A stretch of 64,000 bases of DNA from Octopus bimaculoides. Taxonomy: Eukaryota. The notes beneath the pieces are model-generated. The model was not told the origin of the DNA and searched no databases. It saw only the letters and a program-made list of their open reading frames with translations. Position 1 is the stretch's first letter. Each line of letters starts with the position of its first letter. Location of the stretch: contig NC_068981.1 of NCBI RefSeq assembly GCF_001194135.2, forward strand, positions 101,316,823-101,380,822, given 5' to 3'. Position numbers and translations under genes: made by a program. This document shows positions 12,641 to 24,641 of this stretch, piece by piece.

Positions 12641-13396
12641 TTTCTAACATGATTGAAAATTTATTGAAAAGTACAAGCTGTCTGCTCATTAAATGTAGTC
12701 ACAAAAGAGTTAAATATAACAGGTTTTATTTATTCATTTATTTATCTTCTAATATACCTAAGAACATAAATATCAAAATATTGAAAGACAATTCTTTAGT
12801 TTATTCTTTGAATTAAATATTCATGACTTCTGTGCTTGCTAATAACTGGTATACAGGTTTTATCTGAGGCTGTGTTTGATTTAGAACTGATAAGGAAATG
12901 TTTTGCTGTTTTAATTCATCAGATTTTTGCAAGCTTTCTTAGTTTTGCTTTTTAAGAAATTATGAAATGAAGTCTTAATTCATAGCAAATATATTCAAAT
13001 CTTATCACATGGATCACATCAAAATACTGTATCTGCAGACCACATGATGGTAGCATCTATCTTCTACCTAGCTGAAGATAGATGCAATTACTGCAATTGC
13101 TAAATACTACTACTCTTACTATTATTACTACTGCTGAAAAGTTGATAGTGGTTTTAAGTGTATTTTCCTGCAATCAGCTGCTCCCATATACCCTTTTGAA
13201 GGCAGTGCCCCAGCAATGTGTTAACTATTAATGATTAAGAAAAGCTAAAGAACACTAACATGGAGCCATATATGTCATAAAAAATAATAATAAATTTTAA
13301 ATAAATAGCAAAAGAAAAATGGTTGGTAATCAGTATGTGAATTAGTGAAGTTACAGATTTAAGATATTTAAACCAGCTCTAGGGCTGGTTGGCTGA

Positions 13397-13449
<53 letters not shown>

Positions 13450-13480
13450 NNNNNNNNNNCTCTCTCTCTCTGTCTCTCTC

Positions 13481-13511
<31 letters not shown>

Positions 13512-14882
13512 GCATTTGGTTTTGGATTATTTTATCTGTTCATTATTCTAAAATTACTCAATACCTAGCTGATTATGTAGTTTTCTTTTTTACTTTGTTC
13601 CATAAATAGAATTTCCCAAACAATCTTCAGCATCAATGCCTTAAGTATAATAGAAGACATTAAATATTATACAGCTGCTAATTCACATGAGCTTACACAC
13701 TTTAACTTGCTTGTTACATTTTCTAAATGCTTTGAGATGTCCTATCTGCATGAGAACACATTTACCAATATTAGGCTTCTTAAATGGCATGTTGCAGTTA
13801 AACCGATTGTATGCTGCTCTAAGGTCTGTAAAACTATTCCAGAAGGCAGCAAATGCTCCATTATTCTTTAGAACTTATGTTGAACATTTATTGATCTGTT
13901 TTGTACTCCAAACTTTATTGGTTTGTTTCTATCTTCTACCTCAGTTTGAGCATAGATAATAGCAATTCATAGCTGTGCAAGACATTTTTGTTTAATGTCT
14001 TCCTGCATAAGTTCAAATTAGCCACTTACCATAAACTCCATTTTATGAGCTGTTTAAATTTTAAATGCCTGTAGACTTTTTCAAAGAACTCAGTTATTTA
14101 AGTGTGCTGTTTGATTTGAATAGTAGCATATAGAGTATTTATGTCCTAGTTGCTTCTGAGGTGGGCTGTTTTAGAGTACTTTTCCTTTTAAGCTAGCTTT
14201 AGTGAGTCTGAAAATAAGTTTCAATCTCGTCACCAAAGAGCTGTAAATGGCCGAGTGGTAAGGTACCAGACAAGTGGTCAGTTTCATATCCTTTACTGAC
14301 ACTACATTGGGGATATGGCCAAGGCATTTAACAAACAACAACCAAGTCCACATAACTTTAAGTATATAGGTATTTTAGTCTCTAATTCATTACTGTAAGC
14401 AGTAACAACATGTTAGAATTAACAAGTATTTTGCTAGCTTGCAGTACTTTCAGTTTATGTTGTGAGGAAAAGTTACCTCTCACTGACCAATCTCCTATTC
14501 AGGATAACTGAGATAAAGACCAACTCTATGGTATTTAATATTTATCTAACAACCATCACAGTGAAAACAAATTAGCATTACCATAATGAAATGCCTACTT
14601 GAAAAATTATGAATTTTGAAAGTTCTAAGAACAACATTTAGTATTTCAATTCACCTAACTATGCAGAACTAGTACCAGATCTTCTTTATTACCTACAGTA
14701 AGCTTGCTTGATTTTTATCTAGGTGACTCATTTCTTACTGAGCACTACAGAATCCAGAATTGTTTTATGGCAACTTGTATAGACATTTTTCTTCCGTTGC
14801 TGGCTTTCATTGTTTACTTCCTGTATCTTGTCACTTTTGTGTGTCATCTGATTCATAAACTTTTGTCTTTGTGTGTGTTTAA

Positions 14883-15088
14883 ACCTTTAGCATTTAAACT
14901 GACCATATCCTGCCTCTTTTATGTTCAGACTGACCATATCCAACATCTCACACCTACACTACAATGTCATAGTAAAAATAAGCCATCACATCATTGAAAT
15001 CTTGAAGCCTCAAGATAATGCATGATTAATTCAAAACAGTATGAATAAATAAGCATTATTATTTGACTGTAATCTGAGTGCTAAAGGA
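14883..15088 (+). mobile_element. TTAA-type MITE family 1, complete
   Basis: TTAA|acctttagcatt ... agtgctaaagga|TTAA, with an imperfect TIR and TTAA on both sides. Confidence 0.8.
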
Positions 15089-15699
15089 TTAAGTTGAAAT
15101 GGATTTCCTTGTTCATTGAATAAGCGTGTTAAAAGTATTCTTCAAACTATTCTTTCAGTCATGCACTTGTAGAGTATTTTTGAAGATACAGTAATGGTAT
15201 TTGTGCATTACTTCAGTTGATATTCCTAAAGTAATCTATAACCTTTATGGCTCCTATGAGAGCCCAGTCTTGGGAAAGAGAATAGTCACATGTTTTTGTT
15301 ACATTTTCATAATTAACTAGAATCTGGAGTATTGCATAAAGACATTTTTAGCATCACTTTCTCCCATAGTTACATTTCTTCTGTTGAAACAATGACATTT
15401 CACTTCTAATTTTTAATTTATTGATGACGATTGCAAGGAGTTATCAAGTAGAGGTAACCAATCAAAAGTTTGAAAGTAACTTTTGCTTCAAACATGCGAG
15501 ATATCTTGCACTTTAGTTCCATTTACATTCATCCTGCATACTGTTCTCTGCAGTACATAGAGTGAATGTTGTCTTTGTTTTTAAAAAAAATGTGTAAGTC
15601 TGTGATGGTGAGTGTCAGATTTTGACCACATGATCAGAAGTTCAAATCTCAGTGCTGTCATTGTGTTGTTCTGTCTTTGAACAAAGCATAAAATAAAGC

Positions 15700-15990
15700 T
15701 GGCCCCTGCATGGTTGACTGCTACTGAGGTAGTGAGTTCAATTCCCTGACCAGGCTGTGTGTTGTGTTCTTGAGCAAGATACTTCATTTCACATTGCTGC
15801 AGTTTACTCAGCTGTAGAAATGATTTGTGACAGCTGTATTGTCCTTTGTTTTTCCCTTGGATAACATTGGTGGCGGAGAGGTTAGTATGCATGGGCATCT
15901 GCTGGTCTTCCATAAACAACCTTGCCTGGACTTGTGCCACAGAGGTGAACTTTCTAGGTGCAATCCCATTGTCATTCATGACTGAAAGGA
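15700..15990 (+). mobile_element. tRNA-headed SINE with CORE-like middle
   Basis: B-box gagttcaattccc, then cttgagcaagatacttcatttcac. The tail is shared with the minus-strand copy at about 55200-55545. Confidence 0.65.
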
Positions 15991-16979
15991 GTCTTTATCC
16001 TTACCCTTTCACATATACATATATTTTCGTAAAAATCTTAGCTCAACAATCAACAAGTATAGTATTCCCCTCCACACACACACACACACACACACACACA
16101 TTACACACCACCAACAACCCTTACTTCTAGCCAGTATTCTTTATATGATACTAGCAACATGTACCTATTGCTACACATTAGCAACTTGCACCTGTTGAAT
16201 CACACTAGTAAACATGGCATTAGCAACCTGTTGCCCACATGGCATTAAATTAACTACCTGCCTTATCAAAAAATAACTAACCTTCCTAGATTCTTCTCAT
16301 TTCAACAACCAGTCTTTAACGGTTCATATTGTTAACACACATACTCAGATATATAAATACATATATCATTTTACATCTTTGCCATGATGCTGGTGATGTG
16401 TGTGTGTGTACTTTAAAAAATTGGTATAGCTGCTGAAAGTTTGCAATGAGTAGATTGCAAGTGTCATGCATTGGGTTAAGGTTGCTAGTATAACTGTGCA
16501 ATGGGTGCACATTACTATGCTTGTTGGATGGTAAACTAAAGGTTTTATGAACACATAGAAATAGAACGAGTAATATGTTTACTCTGATGAAGAAAAGTTA
16601 GAGGGTACACTCACTCATTTTGAAACATTATCATCAATGAAATAAGCTTTTCTAATAGTGTTTGCTTTTGTGTTTGTTTGTTTGTTTGTTTTTTAAAACC
16701 ATTTCCACACTTGATGACAACCACTCTATGTTGCACTCTTTACATAATATAAAACAACATTTTAATACTATCAGGTAATCCAGTTTCAGAATAAAAAGCA
16801 AGCGTAGATATTGATTGGATAATAGATATCTAGTAAAACAGACAACCAAAAAGAAAGAAAGAAAGAAAGAAAAACGGAGTGAAAAAGTAGTGTTAAATAA
16901 AATTTAATATACACCCAACATCGACAGACAGAACTTTAGCAGATTTTATTATTTTTTATACTGTTTTTCTCTTTCTTTT

Positions 16980-17038
<59 letters not shown>

Positions 17039-18617
17039 GTTACATTTAAAGTATTTAAGAGATGAGTGATCAATTATGGATGTTTTGTTCTTTTCGTTTT
17101 ATTATGTCACCTTTTAACATTCAGAACATACCTGGAAATGATTATTTCGTGATGTGAGAGTGGATGGTGGAGAGAAAGTAAGAGACTAAAGTATGATGTA
17201 GTTGGTAGGATATTGATAATGCATATGATAGCTGTGCAGTGCTAATGTATCAATGAAGACTGAACAGAGGGAGCGACAGAACATTGATGGTATCATCAGA
17301 TGTGTGTATTGGAGAGATGACTCCACTAATTTGGGGGTGTGATTGCAAATGGAGGACACAAGATAAACAAAATGGTGTTATTAGTGGAATGTATCCATAG
17401 TAATAGTAGCAGGAGGTGGAGGGGACTAAAGAAGGGAGGAGTAACAGAAGAATCAGTTACGACTGAATTGAGATGAGTTTTTATAGAAGAAACAATACGA
17501 AAGTGAGACTCAAAGAATAGAGCACTCTCTCTCTTTCTATGTATATATATATGAACTTTTAGCCATTTGTATGAAGACTAGGGTGTCTTGGTTTATTTAC
17601 ATCCTCTCTGACCCCAATTATGTACAATATTATGATTTGTTGGATATCATATATATAGAGTAAGGTTCCTTTTGCATATTATGGTCACCTACTTTTAAAT
17701 TTTTTCTTCCTATTTTTTTCAGTAGAAGGCCTGATACTCTACCAAGATTAATACACCACTTACTCTTTGGGTACTCTTAGCAGAGTCTATTCTGTTGCAA
17801 TTATTTATGCTAAGGACTACTGCCATCTCTGCTTTCATTTTTCCTGCAGACATTGACCCGCAAATATTCAGGCCACCTCAGTATCCCCTGTTTAGGAGAG
17901 TCTTCAAGTTCCAAGGGCACTGTTCCATCTCCTTCTCTAACTCATAAAACAAACTTAAGTAAAATAAGACAAAATCAATGGTGATATGTTTTAGTGTTTG
18001 AGTAGCAGAAACAGTAAAATATGGATTAAATAATTTGTGCCATTTGGTTAAAATCTTTTATGTTCAAATTCTGTTGAAGTTAGCTTTGTCTTTCATGCTT
18101 CAAATTTGAGGCTTTATGCCATTACAAGAAATAATTTACTTAGTTTAACAGAACTAGAGAGACATGACACTATCTCATACTAAACCACAATCTATAGATG
18201 TGGTGGTGGTGTAGAACATTTTGTAGGAGCTAGACATTCACTTTTGGATATAATCTGGAAACTCAAATCAATGCTCTACCTGCAATACCAAATAACTCAA
18301 AAAGAAAAGTCATTGTAATTCAAGATCTGCAGTTTTACCCTATTCTGCTTCTTGACTCTAACCCTATTCCCTTATAATAGGGTATCTAGAATAGACTGAC
18401 TTCTCTGGGATGGTAAGATTTACATGATCAATTGACTGAGCTTCTGGAAAAAGTTTGTGATCATGTGAAAGTAGCAGCAGGATTAACAGGATAAAATGTA
18501 TAGTTAAATTGTCCATTGTTAACTTCTAATTGTTAAGTGTGATCTTTCCTCTTTTTTTTTCTTCTTTTTTGTAAACTTTTACTTCTAAACTATATAAACT
18601 GAGAAAAAGTTGATATT

Positions 18618-18995
18618 AGCTGTGTAGTAAGAAGTTTGCCTCCTAATCACATAGTTCTGGATTCAGTCCCACCGCATGGCACCTTGGACAAGCATCATCT
18701 TCTATAGCCTTGGGCCAACCAAAGCCTTGTGAGCAGATTTGGTTGATGGAAACTGAAAGAAGCCCATTATGTGTGTTTGTATGTGTGTATATATATATGT
18801 GTGTGTGTGTTTATTGCGTGTTTGTCCCCTGAAACTGCTTGACAACCAGTGTTGTGTTTACATCCCTGTAACTTAGTGGTTTGGCATAAGAGACCAATAA
18901 AATAAGTACCAGACTTTACAGAAAAATAAGTACTGGGGTCGATTTGTTCAGCTAACGTTCTTCAAACTAGTGCCCCAGCATGGCCACAGAAATAA
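18618..18995 (+). mobile_element. tRNA-headed SINE ((CA)n-neck family)
   Basis: agctgtgtagtaagaagtttgc...ttcagtcccac...gcaccttggacaag...gtgccccagcatggccacag. Confidence 0.75.
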
Positions 18996-19188
18996 GAAAA
19001 AGAACAGATAAGCAGAAACACTGCCCACCAAATGATTTTCTGCTACTTTGTGTAATGTCTATTTCATCTTTTCATATATATATCCTGTCCAGTATATCCT
19101 TTCCTAATGTAATGCTTGCCTGTAATTTGCATGGGAAATTTGGGTTTTATTTATAACACTTTTATTCATAGTGCTTTGTGTAAGAGCA

Positions 19189-19574
19189 GTGGAGGCGCAA
19201 TGGCCCAGTGGTTAGGGCAGCGGACTCGCGGTCATAGGATCGCAGTTTCGATTCCGAGACCGGGTGTTGTGAGTGTTTATTGAGCGAAAACACCTAAAGC
19301 TCCACGTGGCTCCAGCAGGGGATGGTGGCAAACCCTGCTGTACTTTTTCACCACAACTTTCTCTCACTCTTACTTCCTGTTTCTGTTGTGACTGTAATTC
19401 AAAGGGTCAGCCTTGTCACACTGTGTCACGCTGAATATCCCCGAGAACTACATTAAGGGTACACGTGTCTGTGGAGTGCTCAGCCACTTGTATGTTAATT
19501 TCACGAGCAGGCTGTTCCGTTGATCGGATCAACTGGAACCCTCTACGTCGTAAGTGACGGAGTGCCAACAACAA
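19189..19574 (+). mobile_element. Full-length tRNA-derived SINE with (CAA)n tail and 12-bp TSD
   Basis: Head GGCGCAATGGCCCAGTGGTTAGG...TTTCGATTCC. TSD TGTGTAAGAGCA at 19177-19188 and 19575-19586. Confidence 0.92.
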
Positions 19575-22500
19575 TGTGTAAGAGCAAGCATCAGTTAAAA
19601 AAAAAGGGTTTGACAGATGGTGGGTGGAAAGACTAACAATATTTTGATTCCAGTACATACCTATTCTTGTCTTTATATAACTCTCTGCTCTCACACTTCT
19701 AAGATGCCCTTCGACCTTTTCTGTTCTCTCACTCTCATTGCACTCACCCACTTACCTACTGTCCCTTTCTTTCACCATCCTCCCTCTACATCGTCTCTGT
19801 ATTCACACTCTGATTTTGTTTGTTGTCTTTAATAAATATGGCCCTATAATTTTTTGGCTAGCATGGATCAGATGGAATTTGGTGGGCAGATTCTCTATGA
19901 CTGGATGCCCTTCCTGTCATCAGCCTTCACCTATTTCCAAACATTTGCCATGGCCAGACATGTTTTTCCCCCAGAAAACTGAAACTGAAAACTAACATCA
20001 CTTCTATAACTGTGATGCTCATTTGCAACAATCATGTGATGACAGGACAAGGATGTGCATACACAGGCATGTGGGCACGCACCCATACATATACATTTAA
20101 CTAGCAATGAAACAGCCTGCTCATGAAATTAACATGTAAGTGGCCGAGCACTCCGCAGACACATGTACCCTTAATGTAGTTCTCAGGGAGAGTCAGCATG
20201 ACACAGAGTGTTACTAGGCTGGCCCTTTGAAATACAGGTACTACTCATTTTTGCCAGCTGAGTGGTCTGGAGCTGCATTAAATAAAGTCTTGCTCAAGGA
20301 CACAACACAACTCCAGGAATTGAACTCATGACCTTATGACCATGAGCCAAATACCTTAACCACTAAGCCACATGCCTTCACACAGTCACACACACATGCA
20401 CATATATATATATGACAGGCTTCTTTCAGTTTCTTATTTCTTTATTGTCCACAAAGGGCTAGGCATAGAGGGGACAATCAAGGACAGATAAAGGGATTAA
20501 GTCGATTACATCGACCCCAGTGTGTAACTGCTACTTTATTTATCGACCTCGAAAGGATGAAAGGCAAAGTCGACCTCGGCAGATTTTGTACTCAGAACGT
20601 AACGGAAGACGAAATCCCTCTAAGCGTTTCGCCGGGCGCGCTAACATTTCTGCCAGCTCGCCGCCTTTCAGCTCTTTTGTTTCTTTCAGTTTCTGTTTAC
20701 CAAATCCCCTCCATGAGGCCAGAACTACAGTAGAAGGTACTTGCCCAAGGTTCCACTGAACCTAAAACCACACAGTTAGGAAGCAAACTTCTTATCCACA
20801 TAGGCATGCCTGTTCACACGTGCACATATGATATACTTAGATTAACATATAGTATCCTCATGTGTACATGTCTGTGCATGTTTGTATGTGTATCTCGTAG
20901 AGTGTACTAATTTCAGGTGTCTGTTTTGTGTTGAAAATACTTGTTAAATTATTTTGTGCTCAAACTCTAACCCTCATTTGAGTTCTTAACCAGTAATATA
21001 CATCACAAACTGTACTAAATTTTATTGGATACTACTGCAAAATGAAGTGGGCCATCTGCTATTTGTTCTGAATTTTTTTTGTTTTAGACCACAAGTTTTG
21101 GAACTCTCAATCTTTGGTTATGATCAATCAACTTTCAAGCAAATCTGTGATATTGAGCAGAATATTTGCTATGATGATATTTCTGCTTCAGCAATCACAG
21201 CATTGAATCTGTCTGAAATGTAATGGAAAATAGGTCAGTTTCCTAACATTGATGTCCAGTTCACAAAAACAAAGTTTGAAGGGAATAGTAATTTCCTTTG
21301 AATTCTAGATAGCAGCAAGTAGGAAATAGCACTTACTGACCAAAAACAAAAAAATTTTGTTACACAGTGTTATCTATGAGCTGAATTTCTGGCTTAACTT
21401 TGATTTCTAGTTCAAAGGTCTCTTGGTTTATATTATTAATTCCCTTGATAAAGGAATGAATGTCACAACTCCCATTCAATTATTCAAGAATCAATATAAC
21501 AACATTTCAAGTACTAACAGGAATCCCACTCACAGAAGATAAAATATTGATTGATTAGTTGATGCTTATGTCATTTTAGTTTATAACAGAAATAAACATT
21601 GTTGATAGCCAAAATTTAAAACTAGCTATCCCAATTTTAAACAAGAACCTATCTGAATTTTGTTTCTTAAACTTGGCTAAAATCACATTTACCTTAACAT
21701 TAGTTTATCTGTCTGGTATTTTGATAGTTTTCTATTTTTATTGTTCAGGTCATTGCCATCCTATGTTGCAAGTACACTTCCAACATGTATGCATGCAAGT
21801 CATCAATGTAACACACAAATGTTGTTTTAAAAAGAAACAAAATCATCCAATCACTTTTTACTACTACTGTTGATTCTCTTTGTCTCAATAGTGATCAAGT
21901 TACCCACCAGAACAAATGAACTTTTATAAATTATGTTCTTGTTCTTTGTCTTCAGCATCAACTAGCATATAAATATCTGATATGTCTTACAATTTCAAAC
22001 TCAGGTAGTGTGTTTCCACTGTCATGTGTAATATAATGGAACACCCCAGAATAAATACTGAACTTCTTTTATAGTTGACAGCTGTTTTATAGGTTATAAT
22101 AGAATCTTTGTTTTAGCCAAAAATAAAGTGTCCCAGCAACCCAATCAGACCATTTGATTTTGTCAGTAAACGCTCAGAAATTCAGAAAGTTATAGATTCT
22201 TTGTATCTGCAAGATAAAATTCAATGAGAACAAAAAGGAAAATCTGTGCTAAGAATGTTGTTTACATATCTTGTGCACCAAGCGGTAGATTTTGCCTACT
22301 GAATTTTCTATCAGCATATTCCAACTTAGGAATTCAGCATAGTATTTTCATAATTCATTCTTGGGATTTTGGTAGTTGGCAGCATTTTCATAGGTATCAT
22401 ATTGCTATACAGTTATATTCAATTTTTGTTGCTTAGTATCTGGAATCTCTTATAAACTCCGAATTACTATTTTTATCTCTCTCTCACACACACATTTAAA

Positions 22501-23579
22501 CTTGTTATTTAACATGTGATTTTAATGCTACAAGAGACCAGATGATTTTAAGGTAAGCTGTCACACTACTGACCACATAGCTGCTCATTCATATTTTCTA
22601 CTTCTTTCACTATGTTGAGCCCTTATATGAGACATATCTCATCATACTTCAATTTATATACATGGTGGTTGACTAGAGGTTCCACTCTTACTTCAGTGGT
22701 GAGCTGTGGGGAAGAAGTGTCTAACTGTTAACTGCTTCTATGATATACAGATATCCAAATTTACAAGGAACATACCTATTCAAGCTAGCATGGGGAAACA
22801 GTTATAAAGACACATTTATTGATTTGACCATAGTTCTTTTAAAACAATTATCAATATTTATAAATGGTTTAAGTTTCTTTATTAGTGTTCTGCATTGTGT
22901 AAGCATAAAGATATTAACTCCTACTAGTTCATTCTGTCTGTCTGTAAAATGTTAAACTGCTGTATACAGCAGAATGGAGCCAGTGTGTGATTACTCATCC
23001 ACAGCAGCCAAGTTCCTATGAGACACTCCTTTCTTTTTTCAGCTCACTCAAAAAAAAAAAAAGTATACTATTCTCATACTGGTATCATTACTTATTACTG
23101 ACATGATCATGACTTGAAATCTCATCACTACTACTACTACTTCAACCATGTTTCTGCTATTAGACGAGGCACATAAATATTCTTACTTCTGTCTACCTGA
23201 CAAACTCCACTCACTCCTATTTCATAGATGAGGTGTTACTAATATGAAAGTTATTTTAATGTAAAAAAAAAAAAAAATTAAGTGCTTCAAATTGAAAATT
23301 ATCCTATCTATGCTGACCTGGAAAATTTACTATTAAAAATATTGCATTATCCACACCTGGGTCTTTGGATTTGCTTGCACCACATCTTGGGCAAGAAAGA
23401 GCATGTTACCTTACTCTCCAGTTGTTAACTACAGGTTTTGTTGAGCAAAAACATGGATTTTGCTTGTAATTTTTTTGCTAGAATATAAAGTCATTATGAG
23501 TAAGCCATAACAATTAAAGTAAAACAGCAATTAAAATTTTTTTTTTAAATAGAGGGAGGGAAAGAATTTTAAGTATCAA

Positions 23580-24187
23580 CCCTTTAGCATTTAAACTAGC
23601 CAGATATTCTACCTGTTTTATGTTCAAACCAGCCAGATCTGACATCACACCCACCACACAATGTCATTCTAAAAATAAACAGGCACAGGCATAGCTGTGT
23701 GATAACAAACTTGCTTCCCAACCACATTGTTCTAGGTTCAGTTTCACTGCATGGTACCTTGGGCAAGTGTCTTCTATTATAGTCTCAGGCTAACCAAAGC
23801 TTTGTGAGTGGATCTAATAGATGGAAACTAAAGAAGCCCATCGTATATGAATGTATATATTTGTGTGTGTCTTTGTGTCTGTGTTTGTCCCCACCACTAT
23901 CGCTTGACAACCAATGTTGGCGTGTGTACATCCCCGTAACTTAGCAGTTCAGCAAAAGAGTCCGATAGAATAAGTACTAGGCTTACAAAGTATGAGTCCT
24001 GAGGCCAATTTCTTCAACTGAAACCCTTTAGAGGTGGTGCTCCAGCATGGCTGCAGTCAAATGACTGAAACAAGTGAAGAAAAGAATCATGTGAAAATCT
24101 TGAAGCTGTGAGATAATGCATGATTAATTCAAAACAATGTAAATAAATGAGCATTACATTTGACAAAGTAATCTGAATGTTAAAGGA
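23580..24187 (+). mobile_element. TTAA MITE family 1 interrupted by a SINE (23681-24085)
   Basis: The MITE left half ends ...ctaaaaataaac, a full SINE follows, and the MITE resumes ...aaatcttgaagctgtgagataatgcatg... to tgttaaagga. Confidence 0.8.
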
Positions 24188-24569
24188 TTACAGGCCTGGT
24201 TGCTCAGAAGTTTTCAATAGTGTTAAGTTTATGCTCCACTAGAAATATGTGTTTGCACTCTTTGTACTAGATGAAATGCTATTTGTATGTTGGTAGACTA
24301 AAAACAGGCACATAATTGTTGTAACTGAGACTGCCAAAGGTAAACTTGAAACAGAGTTGGATGTCTCTGTGTTTGCGGAAAAAAATTCCTCCAAAATTTT
24401 GAAACTTGTGTTACCATAGGAAAATAGAGGCACTGTGGACAGTGTGTGCTCAAACTCATTTGCTACTGAAATATCTATGGTATGGCTTCTATACCACTTT
24501 ATTTTTTTATTTATTTGTTTTTGTGATAATTTGAAATATAAGGAATATATTTTTGATAAACAGACATCT

Positions 24570-24641
24570 TCCTCAGTAATATAGTGGTAAATATCCCCAC
24601 CTGTCACGTAGGAGACCAGAGTTCAATTCCCTGTCAGGGAG
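24570..24641 (+). pseudogene. tRNA-Asp(GTC) pseudogene
   Basis: 72 nt, colinear with metazoan tRNA-Asp (TCCTC..TATAGTGGT..TATCCCC.CCTGTCACG..GGAGACC...GTTC.ATTCCC.G.C.GGGAG). Anticodon GTC at 24603-24605. Two acceptor-stem mismatches plus damaged anticodon and T stems. Confidence 0.9.

Noticed and set aside
13632-13960. Overlapping ~80-90-codon open frames after a cttcAG
   Set aside because: There is no recognisable domain, donor or neighbouring exon. It may be an old repeat.
16150-16490. Cluster of TAGCAAC/GTTGCTA half-sites resembling RFX X-boxes
   Set aside because: They are half-sites only, with no properly spaced palindrome and no promoter evidence.
19195-19265. tRNA genes at SINE heads (also about 38745, 56955, 61880-61945 and 63122-63195)
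   Set aside because: They have A and B boxes but no complete cloverleaf, and each continues into a SINE body; those at 19189 and 56946 also have a tail and TSD.
24239-24607. 122-aa minus-strand ORF
   Set aside because: It overlaps the tRNA pseudogene and has no recognisable motif. Roughly one ORF of this length is expected by chance in 64 kb of such DNA.
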